From NCBI GenBank assembly GCA_001600815.1, contig BCKZ01000023.1, positions 1 through 64,000 on the forward strand: a stretch of DNA of 64,000 nt, given 5' to 3'. The DNA comes from Alloascoidea hylecoeti. Its lineage: Eukaryota. The position numbers and the translations under genes were made by a program. The notes below the pieces were generated by a model that did not search any database, was not told the DNA's origin, and saw nothing but the letters and a program-made list of their open reading frames with translations. Positions 35,454-48,500 of the stretch are shown one piece after another. The stretch's first letter is position 1. Every line of letters begins with the position of its first letter.

Positions 35454-36884
35454 CTATCTCAATGAAAACCCACGTCTTGGCTTAGGTTCTTCTATTTTAG
35501 CTTCAAGTGCAGCTTTCTTGTTTTGTAATTCCTTTATTTCCCGATTTAGTTTATTTTTCATTTCTTGATGCTTTGCAAATAAATCAGATTCAGATTTTGT
35601 CAATTTATCTTCCTTATCTTTAACTTTCTTTTCGAAAACTTTTTTCATTTCAGCTTCCATTTTTTTAAGTTTCATCTGGTGTAATTCTTCTTCTTGTTGT
35701 TTCTTTTTTTGGGGATTAAATTCTCTGAAAACAGTATCATCTTGCTTTATACCAAGAGATGTCAATCTTTCTCTTCTATAATTTTCATATAAAATATTAA
35801 CTGTTTTTTCACGTAATTCTTCCATATAACTTCGAACTAACATTTGTCTTAATTTGATGAAATCACAATGTTCTTCATTTTCAACTTCTACTGCGCCCCA
35901 TTGATATTTTCTACCTCTAACATTTTTACCTTCAGCATTTACAACTGTATCCATGGAACCAATGATTGCAAATGGTACTTTCGACATTAGTTGTTGGGAT
36001 TCTAAAATTGTTTCTTCATCTTCGTTTTTATAGTTTGGTGGATTGAATAACTCTATATTTTGAGTTTTTATATCATCCAAAATTGATCTTTTAAAATTTT
36101 CAACTTCTTCCGTTGTTAATGTATCGGATTTGGATATAATTGGTATTAAATTGACTTTTTCATGTAACAATTTCATCATTTTAATATCAATCGCTTTTAA
36201 AGAATGGCCAGTAGGTTCAATAAAATAAAGACAAGCATGGATTCTTGTATCAGGAATTGAGGTTCTATTTGTATTTGATTCTGATTCAAGATACGAATCG
36301 AACCTGGATTCGATTTCTTCAATAATTGGAGTCCATGCATTTGAATTATTTATATAATCACTGTAACCTGGAGTATTTACGACTGATAAATTCAATCTAA
36401 TGTCATTCTCTTCAATAATAGTTGATTTAGTTTCAATGTTAATTGAAGGAACTTTTGGCTTCGAATTCTTAAAAATCTTAGACTCTTCTTCTTCTTCTTC
36501 CTCCTTGATCTCAAATTTTGAAGGATCTTGTGGACCTTTAGGAGGACATAAATTTTGATTAAATAAAGTATTAATCAAAGTTGATTTGCCAAGCCCACTT
36601 TGTCCAACAACTAAGAGATTAAAATTGAAACCTTTTTTAACAGATCTTCTGTACCACTGATTTGGTAGATTTGCAAACCCCACGTAACCCTTTAGTTTCT
36701 TGATAGATTTATAAGAAGTATCGGCAGTATTATTACCGGACGAAGTGGAAGTATCGACTTTGGTAGTTTCGAAAGAATCCGAAGATTCAAAATTAAAAGG
36801 GGAGGTATCGACTAAAAGTTTATTATTAATATTAATATTATTTTCATATTGTTCGCGTATTTCCAACTTACCTGCAGACAACAT
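35454..36884 (-). CDS. CDC3: Septin
   Basis: GYVGFANLPNQW.R.SV..GF, GQSGLGKST, septin unique element and C-terminal coiled coil. Confidence 0.93.
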   Translation of the reverse strand: MLSAGKLEIREQYENNININNKLLVDTSPFNFESSDSFETTKVDTSTSSGNNTADTSYKSIKKLKGYVGFANLPNQWYRRSVKKGFNFNLLVVGQSGLGKSTLINTLFNQNLCPPKGPQDPSKFEIKEEEEEEESKIFKNSKPKVPSINIETKSTIIEENDIRLNLSVVNTPGYSDYINNSNAWTPIIEEIESRFDSYLESESNTNRTSIPDTRIHACLYFIEPTGHSLKAIDIKMMKLLHEKVNLIPIISKSDTLTTEEVENFKRSILDDIKTQNIELFNPPNYKNEDEETILESQQLMSKVPFAIIGSMDTVVNAEGKNVRGRKYQWGAVEVENEEHCDFIKLRQMLVRSYMEELREKTVNILYENYRRERLTSLGIKQDDTVFREFNPQKKKQQEEELHQMKLKKMEAEMKKVFEKKVKDKEDKLTKSESDLFAKHQEMKNKLNREIKELQNKKAALEAKIEEPKPRRGFSLR

Positions 36885-37113
36885 GGATTCCGTTGTAAGT
36901 TATTCTCGAGAAGAAGAAAAGTGACAAAGTAAAAAAGTAAAAAGTAAAAAGTAAAAAGAAGAAAACAAAAGAGAAAACAGGAAAAGAAGGAAATAAAAGG
37001 AGATTTCGTGAAAAGAATGGCTTCATCCTAGTCTGAATCTTATTTCCACAACTGGATTCCCTCAAAACTTTATTCTCGGCCACATAAAATGTTGCAGGGT
37101 AACTCATCGTATT

Positions 37114-37169
37114 ACGCGTCACTCCGTTAATAAACTTACTTCCTGTTTAAATTTATTATTGTTACGCGT
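37114..37169. promoter_or_regulatory. Two MCB elements (ACGCGT) in the divergent CDC3/HIF1 promoter
   Basis: ACGCGT at 37114-37119 and 37164-37169 in a CpG-poor background. Confidence 0.6.
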
Positions 37170-37185
37170 GCCACTCTTCTCTAAA

Positions 37186-38316
37186 ATGAAAAACAAATAC
37201 TCCAAAACTATATCAAATTTAATATCGCAAGCAAATATTCAATATTCAAAAAAGAAATTCGAAATCGCTTGTGATAAATACGCCGAAGCATGTGAATTGT
37301 TCAACAAAGAATTTGGTGATGATGATGGTGATTTATTATTATTATATGGAAAAGCTTTATTTCAATGTGGTGTGAAAAATTCAGAAATATTTAGTTCTGA
37401 ACAGAACGGTAAAGAGAGTAAAGATATTACTGATGCTGCTGGTAACGAAAAAGAAAAAGAAGGAAAAGATCCAAACAATGGGTTGTTTCAATTTACTGAA
37501 GATCCAGCAGAAGATAATGAAGAAGATGAACAACAAGATCAAGATAATGAGGGAAAGGATGAATCTGATTTTGAATTAGCTTGGGATGTTCTTGAACTTG
37601 CCCGGAAATCATTTGAACATCAAATAGACCTTTACAATTCAACGCATCCCGAAGATGAAGAGGATAACATAATCAAAAAATGTAAAGGTAAAGGTAAAGA
37701 AAAAGAAATTGAAGCTGAAGGTAAAAAGGAATATAAAAATCAAACTTCTGAATTAATGGAATTAAAAAAGCGTCTTGCTGAATCATATGATTTATTAGGT
37801 GAAATATCACTTGAATCTGAAAACTTCTCTCAAGCCGCTGTTGATCTTGAATCTTCGTTAAAACTAAAATTAGAAATTTATTCTACTGAATCAACTTTTA
37901 TATCAGAAGCTTATTTTAAATTATCTCTTGCACTAGAATTTTGTTTAGATGATCCGACTGCAAAATCAAAATCAATTCAAAATTTAGAACTTGCTATATC
38001 AAGTGTCAATTCGAGAATCAAAAAATCTGGTAAAGATGAAAATGATAAAGATATATTAAATGATTTACAAATACGACTGAATGATTTAAAAAAATCTTCA
38101 ACTAATAATGATATCTTAGAACAACAAAAAGCTTTTATTCTGGAAGGAATATTAGGTAACTCAGCAAATGAATCTGCTAAAGCGGTTATTTCTGCAGCGG
38201 CTTCTAGTAATGGTAATAGCGTTCATGATATTAATTCACTGGTAAAGAAAAGGAAATCCGATAAGACGAAGACAATTAATAATTCTGCAAAAAAACAGAA
38301 GAAGAACAGTAAATAA
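37186..38316 (+). CDS. HIF1: NASP/Sim3/Hif1-family histone chaperone (SHNi-TPR)
   Basis: YGKALF, acidic insert, DFELAWDVLELAR, YDLLGEISLESENF.QA..D and a C-terminal basic NLS. Confidence 0.85.
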   Translation: MKNKYSKTISNLISQANIQYSKKKFEIACDKYAEACELFNKEFGDDDGDLLLLYGKALFQCGVKNSEIFSSEQNGKESKDITDAAGNEKEKEGKDPNNGLFQFTEDPAEDNEEDEQQDQDNEGKDESDFELAWDVLELARKSFEHQIDLYNSTHPEDEEDNIIKKCKGKGKEKEIEAEGKKEYKNQTSELMELKKRLAESYDLLGEISLESENFSQAAVDLESSLKLKLEIYSTESTFISEAYFKLSLALEFCLDDPTAKSKSIQNLELAISSVNSRIKKSGKDENDKDILNDLQIRLNDLKKSSTNNDILEQQKAFILEGILGNSANESAKAVISAAASSNGNSVHDINSLVKKRKSDKTKTINNSAKKQKKNSK

Positions 38317-39062
38317 TAATATAGAAACATGATCATATGTTATTATCATTATCTTTATATCTTTCTTTTTGAATATATATATTAGTTCACATTCAATCTA
38401 AGCTTAGGAATAGGTAATGAAAATTAGCATCTTAAAATATACATTCTAGAAGCATAAGCCAAAAGTATAACATATATATGAAATATAATTTAAACAAGAG
38501 AAAAAACTAATATAAACCACCTTAATCGATGGGTAATGGAAGAGGTTCTATGATGCAGACCAATTGGGGATGATTAGCTGTTTTGATACATATTCTTAGG
38601 GTTTGTTTAATTGGATGTTTGGTAAGCCAAAATTCAGATATAATTCAACGTATGTATTAACACGGAAGGCTGATTATTTTGACTTTCATGATATATTTCT
38701 AAGATTTTAACCCTGTGATCATATGGAAATTTAGATCTATTTATGAAGTTCTTTTTAACGAATATAGCAAATGCTTGCGTTTATATAAGAATTATTCTAA
38801 ACTAAACATTTGTAATAAACAGATAGAATATAAGGCAGAATACTTTTAAAGGTACGACTTCAAGTATATATGCTTTTAACTATTTAAAGATAAAAGCCGT
38901 TTAGGTAAGTCTTCAAGGTTCTAAATGAAGAGATATTAAAATTTCTTAATATCTTTCCCTGACTTTTTCCGAATCCTATCATAGACTGGACAGGAACGGT
39001 GCTTTTTGCTAGTAACCGCTAATTCACAGAATTACCTTACGATTCGGCAAGGAGCAAAAAGT

Positions 39063-39146
39063 TCTCCTGGGGGTGAATCGAACACCCGATCTCAAGATTA
39101 TTGATCCATTACAGTCTCGCGCCTTAGCCAACTGGGCCACCAGGAG
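39063..39146 (-). tRNA. tRNA-Tyr(GTA) with a 10-nt intron (39108-39099)
   Basis: CTCCTGG/CCAGGAG acceptor stem, D loop AGTTGG, anticodon arm CGAGA-CTGTAA|intron|A-TCTTG, T loop TTCGATT. Confidence 0.95.
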
Positions 39147-40527
39147 TCTCGCGTGCATCTGAAAATAATATTCTTTTATTATTCTACCATCCATGCAACT
39201 GCATGCGAATTTCTGTTATTTCCTTTAGCGGAAGTATTATATAATTGAAGACTTACTTAGTGGAAGCTAAACTTAGCTAATTAGTGGCAGATTTCCTTAT
39301 TAGGGAGCGGCAGTCGTATTTAGAGGTAAATTTAAAAACTTGGGCATTTATTTTCTAATCACTATCTATAATTCATTATTAACCTATGGTACGGTTAAAT
39401 AAATATATCAAAGGAAAAAATATAATTAAAAAGGGCCAAAACATTTACATTTTTGGAAAAGGCATATGCATTGGAATTAAGAAAGAGCGTATAAAGATGC
39501 AGGGACACATCACTACAAAATTTAAATGAATTTGACATAAGATAGAACCATGACAACTAGATAATCCTTTACCGTGCCTAAGTCATTAACATTCCATTCT
39601 CGCTTCAGTACCCCACTCAGAACTTCTGGATATCACCAATAAAGGGGGGAATTTTAAATTTTAATATCTAAATCCTTGGGAGAAGAAAGCAATAGAAAAA
39701 AAACTAATGGTGATTTAGATAATCCTGTCAGAGAAGGAAGAATAAGATTTTCATTCTATGAATGATTTCCTCGATTAAATACCAGTTGCTAGTTAAAAGT
39801 TTCAATTAGAACTTACATCTAAATTTAAAGAAAAACTCTTATTAATATTTAAATTCTTCAAGTTGAAATAGGCTTCTTAATAGTTCTTACCAATGAACAC
39901 CATATTGGAATTTGGAGCAGTCAAGTCATAAAAACTTTTGCGTCGACTGACGTTCATTGTGGAAAAGTCTTATCGGCCTATTATTGAATGAAATAATAAG
40001 AAAATCACTAATATTAAATTATTATTATTAGCATAATCCACTACTCGGTTTAAACAAATAATGTATCTAAAGTTAAACTGAAGACTTAAACCCTGTAGGC
40101 TGGAAATCCAAGGCTCCAAAGTAATATCAGATAGGATCATGATTCATGACCCAATAGCAAACGCAGTTTGGCATATCTTACAGGCAATCTCAAGAACTGA
40201 TTAAATGTGAGGCTAGCCTCAAAGTTAGAGTTATTTCTATCATTTAACACAGAAAAACAAAAGATAACCTGTATACTTACACAGTTAAAAAATGTTCATA
40301 TTCATTATTATGAAAATGCTGAGATGATTTCAATACCTGATAATCAAGATTCAGCTTCTATTCTTAAACTTTTTGTGATCAGAAATATTCCATTTTAGGA
40401 AATGAATCACATTACCCGGACGTTAAAAAAACATAAGACACGTGAACGGACATGAATATCCGACTTTTTCTTTCCATATATAACATATCAACCAAATAAA
40501 TAAGTTATTTGATAACCCTCAATTAAT

Positions 40528-42583
40528 ATGATAAAGACTCAAACTCAAAAAAAACTAGCGTGAGTAATCTTTATTCTTTGTGGCTAAAAAGACTTTTTAA
40601 CATTAACATCCTTTTCATGGCATATTCAATAGATGTGTTCGCTGTAGACAACATAAAATTAAATGTGATTTGGAAAGTCCTTGTTACAATTGTTCTCGAC
40701 TAAATAGAAAGTGTGAGCCTACTATAAATGATCGTAGGAAGAGGAGAATTTCAAGTGGTTATGTTAGTAGTTTGGAGAAAATCATAGTACAACTAAAAGA
40801 TTTAAAAGATAATCCTGAGGAACAGAAAGATATTTTCAATAATATACATATGGATAATGTTGGGAATATAATAATAAAGAATATAATACAGGAAGGTTCT
40901 AAGAATGGAAACCCTAATATAGAAAATGTAGCTCCGGTAAGAATTTCAGCCAATAAATTGCTTACGATAAAGCCCAGGAATAAAGAATCTGCTGGTGGAA
41001 TTTCAAATATACCGATGATAATAGACAATTCAGAATCCTTCTCAAATGAAAATGGAAATGTTAGAGTGTATGGCCCTACTGCAGTTTTCAGTAGAGACAT
41101 TATTCCTACCTACTCTAAATTTTCCAAAGAAACTTCTAATTCTGTCTCATTATTAAACAAAGATACAACTATTTTACAATCTATTTCCTTGTTTTTTAAA
41201 TGGCAATATCCTGATTTAAACATGTTTATTCATCGTGAATCATTTCTAATAGATTTTTTAAACCCAGGAATTGATGAACTAAAATTGAAGTATTGTTCTG
41301 AGGAGTTAATCTATGCAATTTCAGCATGCGGAGCTATGATGTCCCAAGATGAAACAACATACGCAAGACACGGTCAATTTTATATGATAGCAAAAGAAGC
41401 GTTATTATTAAAGTTGGATTGTCCTTCTATTGCTTCACTTCAAGCTTTGCTATGTTTAGCATTCTATGATTTGTCTAATGGCTCAAATTCATCCGCTTGG
41501 ATGCACTCTGGTTCTGCATTTCGAATGGGCACTGATCTTGGATTTCATTTAAATCCCAAGAATTGGCACATTGATGATAATATTGCTCTCTCTGATTATG
41601 ATATTGCTGTTAGAAGCAGGATATATTGGGGCTGTTATGTTGCAGATCAGTTTATAAGCACAGTTTTAAGTAGGATACCGATTTTACAGTTAGCAGCTAC
41701 AACAATCCCAGAACCAAATCAACTTCCTGATTTAGATGGTATAGATGACTATGAATTTATCGATGCAAATTCGAAATACCCACATAGTATTGATGTGGCA
41801 TCGCCTATGATACAAATGGCAGGCTTATCAACATTTGCTGAGTTTTTTTATATGAAAATGTTTACACAAGGTTCAACTATTGAAAATAAACAGCAACAGT
41901 TACTTTGTTTTAACGTTGAAATGAGGAAGTGGAGAAAATCGCTACCTCAAGGTCTAATATGGGATGCAATTAACTTGAAAAAAAATGCCATGAATCCTAC
42001 AATTATGGGGTTGAGATATTATTATTATATTCTTTTGTTATGCTTTAATAAGCCTTTTATTGAGCATGGGCTAATTCTCAATAAAGCTAATGATAGCAGG
42101 ATATTTTCCTCGCCATCTATGTTATGCTCTGAAGCTATTGATGACTTGTATTGTGCCATACAATGTTTTAAAAGTCACAATCCAAATCTTAGAAACAGTT
42201 CTTTATTGGTTGTTTATGCATTGATTTTAAGTATTGATATTTTGATATTAGGAAACAGAAATACATCACCAATTGGACCGCAAAAGGCTAAACTTGATTT
42301 TTTCCTTTTATCATTAAAAGCGTGCTCTAAAACATGGAGATTAGCACAAACTACTTACAATACTATATGTGCTAAAATTAAAAGATTATGGCCTGATTCA
42401 AATATTGATTCATCAACTAATGTTGAAACAAATGATTACTCCAACGTTGATTTTCATGATGATATGGAGGGATTATTTGATATTTTCTCTTTTCCAGCCG
42501 CAGGTATTAATCATTCTTCTTCTTTTCCGAGTTTGTGTAATTTTGAAAATATTGAATCATTATTATCGCACTTGAATAATTGA
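40528..42583 (+). CDS. Zn(II)2Cys6 transcription factor with Fungal_trans domain; intron 40560-40632
   Basis: Splicing GTGAGT..CATTAAC..TAG yields ACVRCRQHKIKCDLESPCYNCSRLNRKC. The middle homology region reads AW.HSG.AFRM..DLGFH...RSRIYWG.YVAD. Confidence 0.92.
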
Positions 42584-42778
42584 CTATAATTGTACTATAT
42601 ATTCTATTTATCGCCCATAGTTTTTAGCTAGGTAACAGGACCAGTTTTAATATCTTTATAGTCTGATCACCGTCTGTTTTGATTTTCTACTCATCTCAAT
42701 AGAGTGTAGTAAATATATACAGCCATTCTACCAAATTCCGGCTACTCAGTAGACTAAATATTTTACCTCCATTTCGTA

Positions 42779-43687
42779 TTATGCACTTATACCCAGAGAC
42801 GGGGAATGCAATGTTATGGGGATATTTAATAAGTGACCCATTCTTACTACTTTTGTTCTTAGATAGCCGTCCATTTCTTTAGAACGCACTCCTCCCTCAC
42901 TGTCAGACCACATCTTGGGGACCATCGGAACCCTCTCTACCACCTTAACCAGACGGTCCTCCCCTTCAACTGCTAAGATTTTATCGGGATTATTTGTCAG
43001 GAGAGATATTCTTTCTATACCCAAGTCCATCAATATTGATGTCGCAAGTCCAAAATTCCTCGAATCTGCGGGATGATTTAACATTAGATTTGCTTGAACT
43101 GTGTCGGCCCCAAGATCTTGTAAATTGTATGCTTTCAGTTTTTCTCCTAATCCTATTCCACGTCCTTCCTGTCGAAGATATACTATTACTCCACGTCCAA
43201 TTTCACTCATTTGTCTTCCTGCCTCATCAAACTGTTCACCACAATCACATCTTACAGACCATGCATTTTCGCCAGTATAACATTCAGAATGGATCCGTAC
43301 CAACGTAGACTTTTCCTTGACATGATCAACATCTTCTGAAATTGTACCACATTCACAATTAGCGGTCTTATCAAAGGTTGATACAAACTTTCCATCACTA
43401 TCCTGTATTAATCTTTCACCACTCTTTTCATCATAATCACTTCTTTCTCTTCCTGGCCATAGTTTTCCAACGTATGCTCCCCTTGTCATTCTTGAATGTT
43501 CTGTATCATTTGGTTTCTTTTCAAACAACGTTTTGGATCTTATATCTGATCCAAACACAATTGCTAGATGTTCTTTATTATCTATATTATTTTGGTATAA
43601 ATGAAGGAAAATCTCTGCACCATGGCCATGAGTTGTTGGGATTCTAGCTCTTGCAGTGCATTCAACTATCGGTAAAGTATTTGTCAT
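42779..43687 (-). CDS. RIB1: GTP cyclohydrolase II
   Basis: [45 protein letters not shown] and LLTNNPDK. Confidence 0.96.
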   Translation of the reverse strand: MTNTLPIVECTARARIPTTHGHGAEIFLHLYQNNIDNKEHLAIVFGSDIRSKTLFEKKPNDTEHSRMTRGAYVGKLWPGRERSDYDEKSGERLIQDSDGKFVSTFDKTANCECGTISEDVDHVKEKSTLVRIHSECYTGENAWSVRCDCGEQFDEAGRQMSEIGRGVIVYLRQEGRGIGLGEKLKAYNLQDLGADTVQANLMLNHPADSRNFGLATSILMDLGIERISLLTNNPDKILAVEGEDRLVKVVERVPMVPKMWSDSEGGVRSKEMDGYLRTKVVRMGHLLNIPITLHSPSLGISA

Positions 43688-44084
43688 GTTGCTGAAGTGT
43701 ATGATTATTAAAGAGAAAAAAATTTAAATTCAAATTTAAGGTAGGTAGAAAAAAATGAAGGGAGAAAAAAATGAAAGGAGAAAGTTGATTCCTTTTATAC
43801 TTAGTCCATGTTGTATGTAATTGCGTTTCAATTATTATTATTAAGTCTGGAGGTTTTGCCCCATCACCAAACTCCGGACTATGTCTCATATTTAATTATA
43901 TTTTAGCCTTACAGTGGCTTGCACTGTAAACATCAATATATGAATTGTATTATCTACCTGTTGTTCACCAAAAAAGAGGCAAAATACAATGAATAATCAT
44001 GTTTAGAAAATCTGATTCATGCTTACAATTATCATGTAATACAGTACACATAACGCATGCTTACTAACATTATCTTACAAATAG

Positions 44085-44210
44085 ATTTCACTTAATTTAG
44101 GCCATGGTTTTACTAATATTCGCTCACCCCTTATCTAAAATTGGAGCACAATTATTTAGTTCAAAATATGGCCGAAAATTTAGCACCATACGGCCAAAAT
44201 TAAGTGGAAT
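44085..44210. repeat. ~126-bp unit bounded by imperfect 19-bp inverted repeats (MITE-like)
   Basis: ATTTCACTTAATTTAGGCC ... GGCCAAAATTAAGTGGAAT, 17/19 complementary. Confidence 0.45.
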
Positions 44211-44265
44211 GATAATTAATCAAAAATGTAAATTTGAAAAGTAATTTATGATGTCTTATAAACCC

Positions 44266-44394
44266 AATTAGTGTCGAATTATTGCTATTTATTCCATACT
44301 TTCCGATATATTAATGAATTAATTAATTTGTATAAAATTGTCACGGAATTTTTAAAATTAGTGTTGAATTATTGCCATATTCCATACTTTCCGA
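44266..44394 (+). repeat. Two ~40-bp direct repeats, 90-bp period
   Basis: AATTAGTGT[C/T]GAATTATTGC..T..ATTCCATACTTTCCGA at 44266 and 44356. Confidence 0.75.
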
Positions 44395-46969
44395 ATCATT
44401 ACAGTAGTAAAATTGTAACTTAAGAATTCGAAGACGGAATAATCAACTCCTGGTAGTAAGATCAGGGGTGATGGTCAAAGACGGGGAATCTTAAACAACC
44501 ACAACCCATTACAATTAAGAATAATGGCTGGTTCAGGACACACAAACAGCGTTGGAGTTTCTAGTTAGAAAATGAATGTGAATACTACGGGATTGTTAGA
44601 TCGCCATGTTAATGCTATAAATGGTTTGAGACCGCCAAAAACAATGAAACAAAATTATGAAAATGGAATTATTTTCACCAAATTAAGTCTACACCTGATA
44701 GAGCTTTGAATTCCGAAATTGGTACGAACATACAGGAAATCTCTGTCAAGAGGTGGCAATTGAATGAAAGTCCGTTTGGGATTTTCTAAGCAGTTAAAGA
44801 TAGTAAAAGGTAAGCAACTGAATTGAACCCTTGAACAGCTTAAATTCTTATTTCAACTCTAATTGAAAGGTTCGTTGAATACAATTGGTGGCTTTTTCTC
44901 GCAAATTCAAGCTCATAAAAGATACCGATATCCATCCAGGAGATACTAAGATTTAAATCAGATATTCGAATATTAATAGAGCAGGATAGAATAAGTCAAT
45001 CAAACATTCAGATAATTCGTTATTTAATTAACGAAAATTCCAATAATATACTTCAGAATTAAGATGATCGGTTTACACTACAAGGATAAAAATTCATATA
45101 TATATAATGAGATTATATGGTACCAAAGACTCTTCACTAGTGTTGTTAGTTTAATCTTCTCTCCTATCTAGATCATTACCCGTACAGGGTGATGGTAATA
45201 GACCAAGAAATATAGTGAACAATACTCTGTGAAGGAAAGAATAATATACCAGAACGTGAAACTGTTTATTCCAGACTCAGTTCCTGCTATATGCTATTAT
45301 GGATGGTACAATCACCACGCCCAGTGTCCCCAAAAAAACTTTAGACACCGACGGCTATTCTTGAAGTTTTTCTCTATAGTATGGTCTTTCTGGCAGAGGG
45401 ATTTGTCACAGCATAAGTATCAGCCCCCTAATATTAAATACAATAACAAATCAGAGTGGCTTAAATTGTTAAGAATTATCGGAATATAGATACATGTATA
45501 GCGGTATATCAGCCGATATAGTATTTAAATAGTGGAATGATCGTTGAGAAGCGTATGCATCTTTGATATTGTCATATGGGACCCAACCGGGGTGAAAATA
45601 TACAAATATTACGGGATATACTGTTTATACCTGTATATATTTTTTTCAGATCTTATTTTTAGCTACTTAGCACAATTTTAATAGAGAATTAAAGATATCA
45701 AGTTATTGATCCATACAAGCTTAAGCATAAGTGAAATCTTTAATCTACAATAAGTTACTATTAGGACTAGGAACCAAGAAGAACCATGATTGTAAGCATC
45801 CAAAAGTTCTACGGACATTCCTGAATATTCATTTTAAGATTGTTAGTTTATATATTGTTCACAAATTTACTAACTCTTACGATCACGACAACATTAATAT
45901 AGAATCACGGGAAACCGGTTCTAATTTAAAATTCTACTTCTCTATTGTTTGATTACTTTATAGAAACATATCTCGTTAATTTATATAATTATAAAGTCAG
46001 ATCAAGCCTGATTTACCCCATGACACAAATTATATAAGATCATATAGATAAATCTAAATCTAAAAATAATTCTCAAATTATTTACCCAAATGCAAAAAAA
46101 AGTGGCTGAATTTCTGTTGTCTTAAGCTTATTATTATAAGATCTTATATTGGCTTAATTTTATATAGCTTTCTATTTTTTTAACTTGTATGAGACTTTAT
46201 AGTAGTTCACATTTTTTAATTGTAAGAAGAATATTATAGTAAATATTGAAAATTTAAAAAAGTCTCATATATATGCTTAAACTTTTAGAAAATATTCCTT
46301 CAAACATAATGGTAATAAAATTGAAGATACATGTAGGAACAACTACAATGATGAACCATTACCATTATTAATATTTGAGGATCTTAATTTAATATTTATT
46401 TTATTGGATAACTAGTCACTAAAATAAAATGATTTAGTCGCGATAAACAATATATAATTGTCGATTTTGAATTTTAATTATTACATATAGTGTTCGATCT
46501 GAAGAGTGCTTTTTGTGGATTTAAAATTCTTAATTGTTAACAATTAGTTGCCTAACATACTAACATATCGTCTTGAATAATAGTTATTAAAAATGGTTAT
46601 CTAGGAAAAGCAAATTTGAAGGGAAAAATCAGTCGAAGGGGGCAACTAATACAAAAAAAAATCAGGAGCCCAATTGGTAAAAAAAAATACATTTAGCCAT
46701 GTGGGTGAAATTGATTTGATTTGAGTTTGCCAATTCAAACCCACTTTTCACTTTTGACATTAAATTAAAGATAAACTTTTTTTATTTTGTTGAAAGATGA
46801 TTAGTTATATCTAGCCGCGTTGAAAGATCAGTGTTCTATTTATATTAAAAGTATATATTTAAATTAAAGCTTGAGTATATGAAGAGTGAAAGATGTGCAC
46901 AGAAGTAATCATTCCTATTTTGAATGTTCTTTATCCTTTATCATATAATATATACGAATTTGAGACATA

Positions 46970-47990
46970 ATGATTGATATGAGATATTTGTATTGGGATG
47001 GAACACCAGTAAAGGAAACTGTCATATGCAGCGAGCTTACTTTTATTAACCTGATCGGATTGTTGGGAAATATCACTTTTTCCTAAGTAATCCTACATTT
47101 CAATATCAATTCCTATTCCAAGCTCAAGGAGTTAATAACAAGTGCAAATATTCCCTACAAAGAAACTTTGATATTTAATGGATAAAATTTAATTCAGATA
47201 TTATGTATTATGATAGCACTACAACTTGCAATTAAACCCAGATTTAGCTTCAGATTTAAATTTTATATGGAAAGCTAATATATTTCACCGAATCTTCGTG
47301 AAAGTCAAGTTGCGAAAGATTTTATAATTATTCTTAATGCTAATATCAATATCAATATTTTGAAATTAAAAGCACATACATATTCAGATTTTTCATTGGC
47401 TTGTTTTGGAACTTAAATCCCCGAGTTCCCTTATAAAGAAAAATTTGATAATTATATATTAATATGGTAAATAATTTAGATTTGAACATATGCTATGTTG
47501 TTAAACAAGCTTTTCTTCGTACTTTATACTTGCACAAACCCGGCATTTGATTCTGCTGGGAATATGACACAACACCCAACCTGAGTTACATTTTACAACT
47601 CAATTCACTAATTCTGACTTCTGAGGAAATGTTGAGATAATAGAAATTATTATGGCCTTGATAATGATAATTATAATAAGTTAATGAAAAATCGAGAGTC
47701 TGATTTTGCATACAATGTTCAAAACAATTGACAGCATGCATATGCGTTTCCATGAAAAGAAAGTAAAAGTTAACAATCTAGCTGTGTCGATAAGCCCTTA
47801 TTTCTAGAATAATAAAATGACGCTTCTAATCAGATTATAATTCTAATATTCCATTATCAAAATTTTTACTTTTGTATGATTTGGAAACAGGGATTGCAAA
47901 TGTCTTAGAATTCAACGCCCAAAAACAGAAGATGTATCATCATATGGTATAACGATAGGAGATAATTTAATGCTGTTGGGTTTTCAGCTG
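46970..47990 (+). pseudogene. Decayed tandem paralog of the downstream F-box gene (C-terminal region)
   Basis: Colinear blocks: FIWKANI~LSWEANL, SQVAKDFIII~PQISRHFAII, FHWLVLELKS~FYWLIFELAS, *NNKMTL~WNNKIAL, FLLLYDLET~YLFLYDLET, with many stops and frameshifts. Confidence 0.75.
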
Positions 47991-48500
47991 ATAATCCATC
48001 GGAGGAAATATATTTAAAGATTCCAAACACTTGTACAGATACATAAACTATAGTACTATATAATTAGTGGTCTCGGAATTCTGGAAGCATTTGCAATTGT
48101 TGAGCAAACTTATGGACGCATTAACGTTGTGTTTATTATTATTACCATATAGTTGTAATTGTACGCGTACAATGTTAAACTCTGCCAGGCCTCTCACATA
48201 AGGCTTAAGGCACAAAGCTCAAGGCTTATTATCACCAGATAATTTAAATGTGTTCATCACCAGGTACTTTTCAGTTCTGTATAGAACTTTCGTTTTATTT
48301 TGTTAATTAAAGGAAATTTTGTTAGTTTTCACATATATTTATAAAAGGAAACTTTGTTTCCCCTTATTCCCATTCTTTAGAATAGTTTCAGATATTATAG
48401 TTTTCACTTAAGATTTAGTTTCGCAGATTTCAAATTCTTGATCAGATTAAAGTTTTTCTGTTTATTTCTATAAATATAGATATTTCAAGCAAAAATTTAA

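Noticed and set aside
39200..40400. Possible pseudogene or element upstream of the tRNA
   Set aside because: No motif I could assign in any frame.
40528..42583. Zn2Cys6 gene as URC2 or a RIB1 regulator
   Set aside because: No sequence evidence beyond proximity.
23362..43687. URC1 and RIB1 as a GTP-cyclohydrolase gene cluster
   Set aside because: They are 18 kb apart with unrelated housekeeping genes between and belong to different pathways.
44266..44394. Repeat-spacer-repeat resembling CRISPR
   Set aside because: Only two imperfect repeats, eukaryotic context, no cas genes.
45229..45952. Small GTG-start ORFs of 73-86 aa
   Set aside because: No ATG start and no protein motifs.
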